64,000 bases of DNA, taken from IMG/VR virus record IMGVR_UViG_3300045988_062794, one strand, 5' to 3'. This DNA comes from a virus. The position numbers and the translations under genes were made by a program. The notes beneath the pieces were generated by a model, which saw nothing but the letters and a program-made list of their open reading frames with translations, was not told where the DNA came from and did not search any database. Positions 23,919-33,097 of this stretch are shown here, in pieces; position 1 is the stretch's first letter; each line of letters opens with the position of its first letter.

Positions 23919-25868
23919 ATGAAAATTAGAAACAAACCAGTATTAGTATATGATATTGAAGTATTTCAAAATATCTTTCATTGTACTGTAAAAAATACTG
24001 AAACTAATGAACTATTTCTATTTGAAATATCTGAACGTAAGAATCAGTTAAGTGAATTAGTTAAGTTTTTTAAACATTTTGATAATCAAGTTGGTTCATG
24101 GAACCAATCATATACAATAGATTATCAATTTGATACAGATGTAATATTCGCAGGATACAATAATATTCATTATGATAATCCTATTATAAATTATATAATA
24201 GATTATTATAATCGCATGGTACAAAAACCTTATTGGGAAATTTGTCAGTCTATTTTTAACCTAAGTAAAGTAATACTGTCAAGTAAAGATGGTAATGAAG
24301 ATGCTTGGGAGAAATGGAAATATCAACAATGGTTTGAATCATTTGATATTCTTACTATGCTATATTCAACTCAACTACGTGTTGGCTTGAAAGAAATGCA
24401 AGTAACAATGCAATATCCCAATGTTCAAGAATTTGTATATGATTGGAGTAGTCCTTTAAAAAAGGAATTATTTGATGAAATGATTCAATATAATATAAAT
24501 GATGTTGAATCTACTTCAGAACTACTACAAAGATGCAAGAAAGATGTTGACCTACGAATTGCAATTGAAGATGAATATGGTGTAAGAGTCTTAAGTAAAG
24601 ATGGAGTAAATATCGGTATGAAAATTATTACTCAAAAGTATCTTGAAAAGACAGGGTTAACATGGAAACAGATTAAAGATCTTCGTTCTCCTATGGACCT
24701 AATTCCACTGAAAGATGTTATACTTCCTTTTGTTAAATATGAATCTCCTATTCTTAAAAACATGCTTGAAGAAATGAAAAAACAAATAGTTCCTCCAGGT
24801 AGAAAAGGATATGAGTATAAATTTATATTTGATAATCTACGTTATTCAGTAGGAGTAGGAGGTATTCATTCAGTAAATAACCCTGAGATTATTATACCAA
24901 AAGAAGATGAAATGCTAATAGATATAGACGTTGCTTCTCTATATCCAAGTATGCTAATACAATACAAGTTTTATCCTAAACATTTAGGACCTGAATTTCT
25001 TGAAGTTTATTCTCAAATTAGAGAAGAACGATTAGAAGCAAAAAGAAATGGAAACAAAGTAAAGAATGAAACTTTGAAACTTGCGTTAAATGGTTTAAGT
25101 GGTAATTTACAAAACGAACATAATTTTTGTTATAGTCCTTTTGCAGTAATGCAAATCCGTATTAACGGGCAATTGCTATTACTTATGTTAGCTGAATCAT
25201 TAGTTAAATTAGGCTGTAGAATAGTGCAGGCTAATACTGATGGTTTATTTGTCTTACTTAAGAAAAACAAATACGAACAGGTTAAACAAGCTTGTAAAGC
25301 CTGGGAACAGTTAACAAAGCTTGAACTTGAAGAAGATCGTTTTGAAGCTATGTATCAATTTGCAATTAATGATTATATTGCAATTAAAGAAGGATATAAA
25401 GCTAATAAAGATGATAAACTTATTAAAAAGAAAGGTATGTTTATTACAGATGTCTTACTTGGTAAAGGTCTTAATCCTAAGATAATACCTGAAGCAGTTA
25501 TTAGATATTTTGCAAATGGAATACCTGTGAAAGATACTATAATGAACTGTAAAGACATTCGTAAATTCTTACAAGCTGAAAAAACAGGTAAACAATGGAC
25601 AGTAGAATACAACAATGAAGTACAACAGCGAATTAATCGTTTTTATGTTAGTACAAATGGTTTATATTTATGGAAATGGAAAGATAATAAAGGTATAAAA
25701 GAGTATCAAAATATGCTTAAAGGATATGGTGTTACTATACTTAATACTCTTCCAGAAGATAAACCCATTGACCAGTATAATATTAATTACACTTATTATA
25801 TTCTACAGGCAACAAAGATTATTAACGCATTAAAGCCACAACAGCTAAGTCTATGGGGCTTTTCATAA
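23919..25868 (+). CDS. family B DNA polymerase
   Basis: Exo I is VYDIEVF, Exo II is GYNNIHYDNPIINY, Exo III is YNINDVES, motif A is DVASLYPSM, motif B is KLALNGLSGN and motif C is QANTDGLFV. The track start 23871 runs through E5, so I prefer ATG 23919 (MKIRNKPVLVYDIE). Confidence 0.9.
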   Translation: MKIRNKPVLVYDIEVFQNIFHCTVKNTETNELFLFEISERKNQLSELVKFFKHFDNQVGSWNQSYTIDYQFDTDVIFAGYNNIHYDNPIINYIIDYYNRMVQKPYWEICQSIFNLSKVILSSKDGNEDAWEKWKYQQWFESFDILTMLYSTQLRVGLKEMQVTMQYPNVQEFVYDWSSPLKKELFDEMIQYNINDVESTSELLQRCKKDVDLRIAIEDEYGVRVLSKDGVNIGMKIITQKYLEKTGLTWKQIKDLRSPMDLIPLKDVILPFVKYESPILKNMLEEMKKQIVPPGRKGYEYKFIFDNLRYSVGVGGIHSVNNPEIIIPKEDEMLIDIDVASLYPSMLIQYKFYPKHLGPEFLEVYSQIREERLEAKRNGNKVKNETLKLALNGLSGNLQNEHNFCYSPFAVMQIRINGQLLLLMLAESLVKLGCRIVQANTDGLFVLLKKNKYEQVKQACKAWEQLTKLELEEDRFEAMYQFAINDYIAIKEGYKANKDDKLIKKKGMFITDVLLGKGLNPKIIPEAVIRYFANGIPVKDTIMNCKDIRKFLQAEKTGKQWTVEYNNEVQQRINRFYVSTNGLYLWKWKDNKGIKEYQNMLKGYGVTILNTLPEDKPIDQYNINYTYYILQATKIINALKPQQLSLWGFS

Positions 25869-25925
25869 CTTAACAAAGACTATCCAATCTATAACATAGA
25901 CTTCTTTTAACGAAAGGAGAAGAAT

Positions 25926-26492
25926 ATGGTATTAGAACTAGATATAAGCTTGATTGATATGATCAAGCCATTAACTATAAATCAGTTAGTGTTCTTAAAT
26001 CTTGTATTAGACGTTAATCAAAAAAGCATCAAGCACGTCTCGCAACTCGTCAGTCTGGTGAGCGAGGCAGAAATACAAGATTTAATCAATCGAGGCTACA
26101 TAGTAAAAGAGATATCAAATGAAGCAATCACTTATTTGCCTACTGATAATCTTATAAAAATCGTCGAAAGAAAAATTACAATGTTTGACGAATTCTATGC
26201 AGCTTATCCACAAGTTGTCATTCGACCAGATGGTACAAAGAGTTTTCTTCGAGCAAATGTAAACAATTGCCGTAAAAAGTATAACTCTATAGTAGGAAAA
26301 AGCAAAGCAACTCACCAACATTTAATGGAATGCTTAAAGTTTCAATTAAATGATCTTACTATGACAGGTCGTATGGGTTATATGAAAACTATGTGGAAAT
26401 GGTTAACCCAGTGTGAGTGGGAATCACTCGATGAGCAAATGAAGTCTAATGAAATAACAGAAGCAAACACATATGGAACAACCCTTATATAA
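25926..26492 (+). CDS. hypothetical protein (possibly a replication organizer or loader, by position)
   Basis: 188-aa ORF immediately upstream of, and overlapping, the helicase gene. No firm motif. Confidence 0.45.
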   Translation: MVLELDISLIDMIKPLTINQLVFLNLVLDVNQKSIKHVSQLVSLVSEAEIQDLINRGYIVKEISNEAITYLPTDNLIKIVERKITMFDEFYAAYPQVVIRPDGTKSFLRANVNNCRKKYNSIVGKSKATHQHLMECLKFQLNDLTMTGRMGYMKTMWKWLTQCEWESLDEQMKSNEITEANTYGTTLI

Positions 26493-27429
26493 TGCTCCTT
26501 TATCATTTAGACATATTTCAGAAGTAGCTAAAGAAACTCTGGAATATATAGATTTACGTAGGAAACACGAAATTGAACCTCTAATTACAAGATGGAGAAA
26601 ATTCAATAGAGTTTGTAGTATAGAACCTGGTACTATTTACACTATAGTAGGAGCATCAGGATCTGGTAAATCAGCATTTGCGAGCATGTTAGAAAATGAT
26701 TTTTGTAGTTTAAATCCTAATAAAGATATTATTATCTTGTCTTTTTCATTTGAAATGCTTTCAAGCCGACAAGTAGGTAGAAAGATAAGCGGTAAATTAG
26801 GTGTTACTACTAATACCTTATATAGCGGTGAAGGAGATATTTCAGATACTGAATTTGAGACCATAGAAGCGGTTGCAAATGATTTATCTAAATATCCTAT
26901 CTACTATGTAGATACAGCTGCAAATGTAGCTCAAATAGCTGCTACAATAGCTAAATTTCAAGAGGAAATGGCAAAAGATAAATGGTTAGTAATAGTACTT
27001 GACCACACTCTCTTAGTACGCGGAAAAAGCGAAGAGAATGCTTTATCTATTATTAGAGATTTACAGAACTGTTTTATTAATGCAAAGAAGGTAGGTTGCA
27101 CTACAATAATTCAGCTCTCTCAAATGAATAGGAACATTGAGTCTCCTGATCGAATTAATAACCCATCCTGTCACTATCCTATGAGAAGTGACATTTCATC
27201 TGCTGATGCTATTTTTCAAGGTAGTGATGTTGTGTTAGTAATAGCCCGTCCAGAAACTTTAGGCTTTACTATATATGGTCCTCATCGATTACCAGTACAA
27301 AATAAGATCTATATTCACATTTTAAAGAATCGTGAAGGTCAATTAGCAATTTTAGATTTTGAAAACGACCTAGCACACAATAACATTATTGAAATAGATA
27401 GACAAGCAGAAGCTAATCCTACCGATTAG
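26473..27429 (+). CDS. DnaB-type (RecA-fold) replicative helicase
   Basis: 318 aa. Walker A is GASGSGKSAFA and Walker B is LVIVLDHTLL. Also IIQLSQMNR and a later arginine-finger region. Confidence 0.75.
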   Translation: MEQPLYNAPLSFRHISEVAKETLEYIDLRRKHEIEPLITRWRKFNRVCSIEPGTIYTIVGASGSGKSAFASMLENDFCSLNPNKDIIILSFSFEMLSSRQVGRKISGKLGVTTNTLYSGEGDISDTEFETIEAVANDLSKYPIYYVDTAANVAQIAATIAKFQEEMAKDKWLVIVLDHTLLVRGKSEENALSIIRDLQNCFINAKKVGCTTIIQLSQMNRNIESPDRINNPSCHYPMRSDISSADAIFQGSDVVLVIARPETLGFTIYGPHRLPVQNKIYIHILKNREGQLAILDFENDLAHNNIIEIDRQAEANPTD

Positions 27430-27452
27430 TTAAATTTAAAAAATAGACTGAC

Positions 27453-27935
27453 ATGAAAGATTTTATTATCTCTTTGAATAATTCTAATAAGAATTCTAAT
27501 TATAGTGCTTATACGCAGAATCTTTTTGACAAAGCTACAAGTTTTGTACCGTATTTTAAAAGTTCCTTTCTGGATCGGCGAACGAGTAATACGGAAGATT
27601 TTGTTTATACTCTTCCTTTTAGTTTGAAAACAAACAAGAGTTCTTTGTATGACGCAGCTTATCGCTTTAAGAAAATTCAGCGTGATCTTGACGCATTCGA
27701 AGCATGGCAGCGTGCAATTAACGCAATGAAAGCATATCGGAATTATCGTGGAGAAGAAAGCTATGATGCTCTTGTTAACGGCATCCCGGCTAACTTTTTT
27801 GGTGATTTTGTACAGATCGGAGATGTTGTAATTCCGACCTATGCAAATCGTGATTATTTTCGCTCGTTATCACGAGAAACTCGTACAACAATTATTAATG
27901 TTTCAATTACTATTGTTAACGTTTTTGCAATATAA
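27453..27935 (+). CDS. hypothetical protein
   Basis: 160-aa ORF. Confidence 0.5.
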   Translation: MKDFIISLNNSNKNSNYSAYTQNLFDKATSFVPYFKSSFLDRRTSNTEDFVYTLPFSLKTNKSSLYDAAYRFKKIQRDLDAFEAWQRAINAMKAYRNYRGEESYDALVNGIPANFFGDFVQIGDVVIPTYANRDYFRSLSRETRTTIINVSITIVNVFAI

Positions 27936-28014
27936 TATTAACAAACTTACTATCTCAGAAATTTTCAAAACTTGACAAACATTATCATACTATGTAAGTA
28001 ATAAAATCTAATTT

Positions 28015-28752
28015 ATGATAGTATTACCTACTGAAAAAGTAAAAGCTAAGGTATCTAATCCAAGATTCCTTATCATTTTTGGCAAACCTAAGTCAGGCAA
28101 GACTACTATAGTAAGTGAACTAGAGAATAACTTAATCATTGATCTTGAAGGTGGTTCTCAGTTCTTAGATGCACTTAGTGTTCAAGCTCGTAATGTAGCA
28201 GATTTAGGCGAAATTGCAGCTGCAATTCGTCAAAAGAACAAAGAGTGTAATGGCTTCTTTTATAAACATATTACTATTGATAATGCAACACGCTTAGAAG
28301 AGATGACGTTAAGTTATGCTCTTACTTTGTATAATCAGACTCCAATGGGTAAATCCTATAGAGGTGATGTTCGTATGTTGCCTAATGGCGCTGGTTGGTT
28401 CTATATCAGACAGGCTGTAAGAAAAGTTATCGATATGTTTCGCGAATTATGCGAAGAATTTATCTTAGTAGGTCATACTAAAGATAAATTAGTCAATAAA
28501 GAAGGTGAAGAACTTTCCGAAATGCAGTTAGATTTAGCTGGTAGACTAAGTGATATCATCTGTGGTGAAGCAGATGCTATTGGATATGTTTATAGAAAGA
28601 AAAACCAAACTCTCATATCTTTTCAAGGTGGAGAGAATAATATAGTAGAAGCGAGAGCACCTCATCTTAGAGGTAAAACAGTTGTTATTGCAGAAAGTGA
28701 CGAATCTGGCAAAATAACTACTGATTGGAATAAAATATATTTGCCTAACTAA
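28015..28752 (+). CDS. AAA_24 / Sak4-like RecA-fold ATPase
   Basis: 245 aa. The near-N-terminal Walker A is FLIIFGKPKSGKTT, and FILVGHTKDK acts as a Walker-B/sensor-like strand. This is the typical phage recombination-mediator layout. Confidence 0.6.
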   Translation: MIVLPTEKVKAKVSNPRFLIIFGKPKSGKTTIVSELENNLIIDLEGGSQFLDALSVQARNVADLGEIAAAIRQKNKECNGFFYKHITIDNATRLEEMTLSYALTLYNQTPMGKSYRGDVRMLPNGAGWFYIRQAVRKVIDMFRELCEEFILVGHTKDKLVNKEGEELSEMQLDLAGRLSDIICGEADAIGYVYRKKNQTLISFQGGENNIVEARAPHLRGKTVVIAESDESGKITTDWNKIYLPN

Positions 28753-28766
28753 AAATTAAGAATAGT

Positions 28767-29399
28767 ATGTATAGTTCAAGTAGAGCAAAACAAATTGAAA
28801 AGAAGGATGTAGCATTTTTGTCTGCTGGCATTCATGATGATGTATTCCTTACAGGAGTACGATATGGTACATCAGTACAAGGTAGAAATTTTATTGAGTT
28901 TAAGTTTGTTAAAGATAACAGAACTATGACTCATACAGAATGGGAACCACGTCGTACAACAAGTACAGGAGAAAATCTTCCTGATGATGTATTCTATGCT
29001 AAAGTAGATAATCAGTGGGAAAGAATTAAAGAAATCCTTATTTGTTATTATAAGGAAGAAGAACTCCAGTACGAAGAAGAAGGCGGATTTAAAGAATACG
29101 CACAGTGGGTAATTGATAAGTTATCTACTGAAAAAGTTAAGACGACTCCTGTTCGTATTAAAGCTGTATATAGTAAAACTGGCTATATTTCTTTACCACA
29201 GTATGCAAAGTATACATTTATCGAACCGATGTCTACAGTAAATGAAGGCAAATCTGTTATCGTTAAATTAGGTATTGATTTATTTGAAAAACCAGTAGTA
29301 GCTGATACAGAATCTTCTACAGCTAATCCTTTTCAGGTAGTAAATGGAACATTAGATAATACATCACAACAGAATAATGTTGATGATTTGCCGTTTTAG
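28767..29399 (+). CDS. single-stranded DNA-binding protein (putative)
   Basis: 210 aa ending in ..NNVDDLPF, the canonical acidic SSB C-terminal tip (D-D-[IL]-P-F). It sits between the recombination ATPase and the replication genes. Confidence 0.6.
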   Translation: MYSSSRAKQIEKKDVAFLSAGIHDDVFLTGVRYGTSVQGRNFIEFKFVKDNRTMTHTEWEPRRTTSTGENLPDDVFYAKVDNQWERIKEILICYYKEEELQYEEEGGFKEYAQWVIDKLSTEKVKTTPVRIKAVYSKTGYISLPQYAKYTFIEPMSTVNEGKSVIVKLGIDLFEKPVVADTESSTANPFQVVNGTLDNTSQQNNVDDLPF

Positions 29400-29421
29400 G
29401 CATACCAATATAGAAATTGGG

Positions 29422-29453
29422 GGGGGGGTAACAAAAGTTATCCTCCCTTTTTA
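29422..29453 (+). terminator. rho-independent terminator containing a G10 tract
   Basis: GGGGGGGTAAC-AAAA-GTTATCCTCCC (11 bp, with two G:T wobbles valid only on the plus strand), then TTTTTATT. The G run spans 29419-29428. Confidence 0.7.
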
Positions 29454-29474
29454 TTAACTTTAAAACGAATCAAT

Positions 29475-30785
29475 ATGTTAGATTATCAAACTATAGACGA
29501 AACAATCAAAGCAACACTTTTAGATAAGAAAGGTTCAGGTGCAACTCCTAAGGTAAAAACAGGTGGTTATGATGTATCTAGTGGTTTTCTTGCTATGTTA
29601 CAGAAAACATTAGAAAGTCAAGTAAAAAAAACAAGTAAAAAAGCAAGTGAAGCATTACAAGAATCATCAAGTGATTCTTTAACTTCTAAGACAAATCCAA
29701 AAGAACTTGAAGTTGGAGACCAGTTCTTTGGTAGTATTACCACTACTAAAAAGAATGAAGCTGGTAAAAAGTCCAGATATAAACCTATTGATTATTGGAA
29801 AGTAATCAAAAAGGAAAAAAATGAAGCTACCGGAAATACTAGTTTTACTGTAGAAAATCCTAAAGGAGAAAAATATAAAACTTCTCCTGGTGGCATAAAT
29901 ATGCAGAATCCTAGTGAACATCAGGAGAAACTACGAAAACTTGCTGAAAAGCTTAAAGCTGAAGAAGAGGAAAAGAAACGTAAAGCTGAAGAAGAAGCAA
30001 AGATGATAGATATGTCTAAACTTCAGCCTCACGAACAGCTTAAAAAGCTTATTGAAGCAGGTATGCGTAACATCTGGATGGTAGGTCCTGCAGGCTGTGG
30101 TAAATCTACTATGGCTCGTATGACTGCAAAAGAACTGAATTTACCTTACTTGTGTATATCTTGTGGTATTGGAACATCTGCTACAGAGTTCCTTGGATAT
30201 AAATATCCTACTCGAGAAAGCACAAAGTTTGCTGAATACTACGCAAAGCCATCTATTATCTTGATTGATGAGATGACAGCATTAGACCCTGCGGTAGGTC
30301 AAGTCCTAAATGCCGCTCTTGCTAACGATGAGATAGAGACTACTACTGGTTTAGTTAGTCGTAACCCCGAGTGTATCATCATTGCTACTTCTAATACATT
30401 TGGCAGTGGTGCGAGTCGACAGTATGTGGCTAACAATCAATTAGACGCATCTACTATTGACCGATTCATCGGAGGCATTATAGAAGTTGACTATTCTGTA
30501 GATTACGAAAGTCAATATGATGTTGATGTAGTAAACTACGTTTGGAAACTTCGTGAGTGTATCAAAGCTTGTAACATACGTCGTATTGCGTCTACGCGTA
30601 TGATTCAATCTGGTACCCGTATGAAGAAGGCTTATTTCAAAAATTGGAAGGACATGCTAATCTGTAACTGGACTGATACCGAAAGGGAAATGGTCAAGAA
30701 GTTCTTTACTCCAGAGAATAAAGAACGAATTACAGAGAGTAAAGAATTAGATTCTTCTGGAAGAACTAAAGTATTTTTTGGATAA
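29475..30785 (+). CDS. AAA_5 / MoxR-like ATPase with a basic, Lys-rich N-terminal extension
   Basis: 436 aa. Walker A is MVGPAGCGKSTMA and Walker B is IILIDEMTAL. ECIIIATSNT is a sensor-like segment. Confidence 0.7.
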   Translation: MLDYQTIDETIKATLLDKKGSGATPKVKTGGYDVSSGFLAMLQKTLESQVKKTSKKASEALQESSSDSLTSKTNPKELEVGDQFFGSITTTKKNEAGKKSRYKPIDYWKVIKKEKNEATGNTSFTVENPKGEKYKTSPGGINMQNPSEHQEKLRKLAEKLKAEEEEKKRKAEEEAKMIDMSKLQPHEQLKKLIEAGMRNIWMVGPAGCGKSTMARMTAKELNLPYLCISCGIGTSATEFLGYKYPTRESTKFAEYYAKPSIILIDEMTALDPAVGQVLNAALANDEIETTTGLVSRNPECIIIATSNTFGSGASRQYVANNQLDASTIDRFIGGIIEVDYSVDYESQYDVDVVNYVWKLRECIKACNIRRIASTRMIQSGTRMKKAYFKNWKDMLICNWTDTEREMVKKFFTPENKERITESKELDSSGRTKVFFG

Positions 30786-30797
30786 ATTATGTGAAGT

Positions 30798-31607
30798 ATG
30801 GGTAAAAAATTGACTGTACATTTTGATTCTCTCGAAAAGTTTTACACGGAGTGTGAAATTGTCGAAGATACTGGGACTAAAGGTCATTATGATGAAATTT
30901 GTAATGAAGATGACCCAGGTTGGAAAGGTTTATCTCTTGAGGAAATACAAAAAGCAAAATATTTCTATAATAAAGGCTTAGACAAACTTGAGTCTTTAAC
31001 TCAAGAGATGCAATTAGGTGGCTCTGGAAAATCCTATAAATGGGATGAAAACGATGGTGATGAGCTTAATTATGATCGTTTTCTCGAAGGGCTACCTTGC
31101 CTTAAAAAGCGAGTAAAGAAATTAGGTAATAAAAATGGTAAATTTATACGATTACATATTGGGATAGGTGAAAACTGGATGGTAACAGCAGAAGATATGC
31201 TTTACAAGTCCTATACAGCTATTAAATTAGCAGATTACCTTGAACAACAAGGGTATCGTGTAGAAATTTCTACGTTTGCTGAGGTTGCAGATTTAGGTCG
31301 ATTCAAAGGTGAACAATTAGAGTATCTTATTACTGAGGTAATCATTAAAAAAGCAGAAGATCCACTGATACTACCTCAAATTCTTACTTGTATCTCTCCT
31401 TGGATGTTTAGATACCATGTGTTTAAGTTTTGGACAGCAAAATTTCAATGTAGGAGTGGTTTAGGCCATTCTATAGCTGCTAAACATAAGGAGACTAAAG
31501 AAGATATTTGGATTACATCAGGACAATGTCTTGATGAAAATTCAGCCAATCAAAAGATTGAGCAAATTATAAAACTCTTCGACAAAGAGCATGGGGACGA
31601 AGATTAA
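30798..31607 (+). CDS. hypothetical protein (partner of the MoxR-like ATPase, by position)
   Basis: 269-aa ORF. Its TAA stop (31605-31607) forms the first three nucleotides of E6. Confidence 0.55.
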   Translation: MGKKLTVHFDSLEKFYTECEIVEDTGTKGHYDEICNEDDPGWKGLSLEEIQKAKYFYNKGLDKLESLTQEMQLGGSGKSYKWDENDGDELNYDRFLEGLPCLKKRVKKLGNKNGKFIRLHIGIGENWMVTAEDMLYKSYTAIKLADYLEQQGYRVEISTFAEVADLGRFKGEQLEYLITEVIIKKAEDPLILPQILTCISPWMFRYHVFKFWTAKFQCRSGLGHSIAAKHKETKEDIWITSGQCLDENSANQKIEQIIKLFDKEHGDED

Positions 31608-31726
31608 CGATTGCTCAGTAATGAGCGGACACCACTGGCATGGAGAAGGCAAACTTGAAAAGAGTGTGGAATCGTTAAATTGGCGATAAGGAAACTTATC
31701 TGGGGGTTCGAATCCCCCCTCGTTAC
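31605..31726 (+). ncRNA. tRNA-shaped element E6 (~122 nt, large insertion, GAAA-capped arm before the T-arm)
   Basis: Acceptor stem TAACGAT (31605-31611) / CTCGTTA (31719-31725), 6 of 7 pairs. D-like arm GCTC-AGTAAT-GAGC (31613-31626). GATAAG-GAAA-CTTATC (31685-31700) lies 1 nt before T-arm GGGGG-TTCGAAT-CCCCC (31702-31718). About 57 nt in between remain unassigned. Confidence 0.4.
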
Positions 31727-31727
31727 A

Positions 31728-31743
31728 TTGTTTTTAAAAACAA
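31728..31743. repeat. perfect 16-nt palindrome TTGTTTTTAAAAACAA between E6 and E7
   Basis: Self-complementary by inspection. Confidence 0.6.
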
Positions 31744-31840
31744 AGGGAGTAAACACAATCTATTAATAATAGATAGATACGAAGATGTGTGAATGGACCA
31801 GGTTTATACCTATGGAGCGGTTCGAGTCCGCTACTCCCAC
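31744..31840 (+). ncRNA. tRNA-shaped element E7 (~97 nt, UUAU-capped arm before the T-arm)
   Basis: Acceptor stem (A)GGGAGT (31744-31750) / ACTCCC(A) (31833-31839), 6 bp plus an A:A at 1-72. ACACA (31753-31757) / TGTGT (31786-31790) encloses the ATCTATT/AATAGAT hairpin. The CCAGGT-TTAT-ACCT..GG arm (31798-31815) abuts T-arm AGCGG-TTCGAGT-CCGCT (31816-31832). Confidence 0.45.
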
Positions 31841-31857
31841 TATTAAAATTGTAGCAT

Positions 31858-32844
31858 ATGTATGATTCAAGAAGAGCAAATAAAGCAAAGGCAATAACAC
31901 TTGATTATATTTTATCAAGAGTATCAGAATATGATATATATGCTCGTTACTTAGGACAATTTAAAATAGGTTATATTTACAATAGTCCTTTTAGAGAGGA
32001 TAAGAATCCCTCATTTGGTATATTCCATAGTAAAAAGACAGGTAAATTATTATTTAAAGATCATGGCAATGGTTTATGTGGTGATGTCATTAAATTTGTA
32101 CAAGAATTTACTGGCATTACTAACTATAATGAGACATTAAACCAAATAGTCAAAGACCTTAATATAAAAAATAATACTATTTTAAAGAGTACTAAAGAAC
32201 AAAAACCTACTGAGGAAACTGTAATAGGTGTAGTAAGACAAGATTTTACAGAAATTGACAAAAGTTATTGGTCACAGTTTCATATATCTATCGATACTTT
32301 AAAACTATACAATGTAAATAGTATTAAATATTATTTATGTAACGGTATAGTAAAGGGTATATATAAAGATGAGAATCCTATGTATGCTTATAAAGTATAT
32401 GATCATTTCAAAATTTATAGACCTTTAGCAGATAAATACACTAAATGGCGTAATAATTTAACAGAGTATGATATACAAGGTTATGCTCAATTACCAGAAA
32501 AAGGTAATCTATTAATTATTACTAAATCTATGAAGGATGTAATGTGTCTTAAAGAGTTAGGGTATAATGCAATATCTCCCTCTTCTGAATCTACATTCAT
32601 ACCAGATAACGCCTTAGAGGTATTAAAGAAGCGTTTTAAGCATATTTTAATATGTTTTGATAGAGATGCTCCTGGTATTAAAAATATGCGCAAAATAAGC
32701 CTTAAAACAGGCTTAAATTGCTTTTTAGTGCATAAAAAGTTTAAAAGTAAAGACATTAGCGATGCTATAAAAAATAATAGTTTTGAAGCAATCCGCGAAT
32801 GGCTAAACCAAACATTAAAAAGATATGAAGAATTTTCTAATTAA
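31858..32844 (+). CDS. DnaG-like primase (degenerate zinc-finger region plus TOPRIM)
   Basis: 328 aa. NSPFREDKNPSFGIF....GLCGDVIKFV parallels the CHC2 primase finger (CPFH.E.TPSF...CFGCG..GD.I.F) but lacks the Cys/His ligands. The TOPRIM motifs are LLIITKSMKD and ICFDRDAPG. Confidence 0.7.
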   Translation: MYDSRRANKAKAITLDYILSRVSEYDIYARYLGQFKIGYIYNSPFREDKNPSFGIFHSKKTGKLLFKDHGNGLCGDVIKFVQEFTGITNYNETLNQIVKDLNIKNNTILKSTKEQKPTEETVIGVVRQDFTEIDKSYWSQFHISIDTLKLYNVNSIKYYLCNGIVKGIYKDENPMYAYKVYDHFKIYRPLADKYTKWRNNLTEYDIQGYAQLPEKGNLLIITKSMKDVMCLKELGYNAISPSSESTFIPDNALEVLKKRFKHILICFDRDAPGIKNMRKISLKTGLNCFLVHKKFKSKDISDAIKNNSFEAIREWLNQTLKRYEEFSN

Positions 32845-33097
32845 AGCTAAAAACAGTATTTGCACAGCAATTTCTTGGTTGTTTGCAATTCCAACAGTTC
32901 TTTTTCTATTGATCTCTGTATTCTTTGGTATTATTATGCATTTCTTTGATAAAGAGACAAATACTAAAATTAATCGTTTGATTAACAATCAAGCTGATTC
33001 AAGTGAAAAACGCTTAGATGATAAGATTAAAGAACTTAAAGAATTAAAAAAGGAACTGTCTGAAATGGCAGATAAGATTGAAAAAGAACAATCATGA
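32825..33097 (+). CDS. small membrane-anchored coiled-coil protein
   Basis: 90 aa. WLFAIPTVLFLLISVFFGIIMHFF is followed by a K/E-rich helix. Confidence 0.4.
   Translation: MKNFLIKAKNSICTAISWLFAIPTVLFLLISVFFGIIMHFFDKETNTKINRLINNQADSSEKRLDDKIKELKELKKELSEMADKIEKEQS

Noticed and set aside
31640-31678. 12-codon mini-ORF (MEKANLKRVWNR) inside E6, read as a tmRNA-like tag.
   Set aside because: It does not have a tag-like C-terminus, it uses an ATG rather than a resume codon, and no tmRNA-like 5' signature is nearby. It is probably fortuitous.
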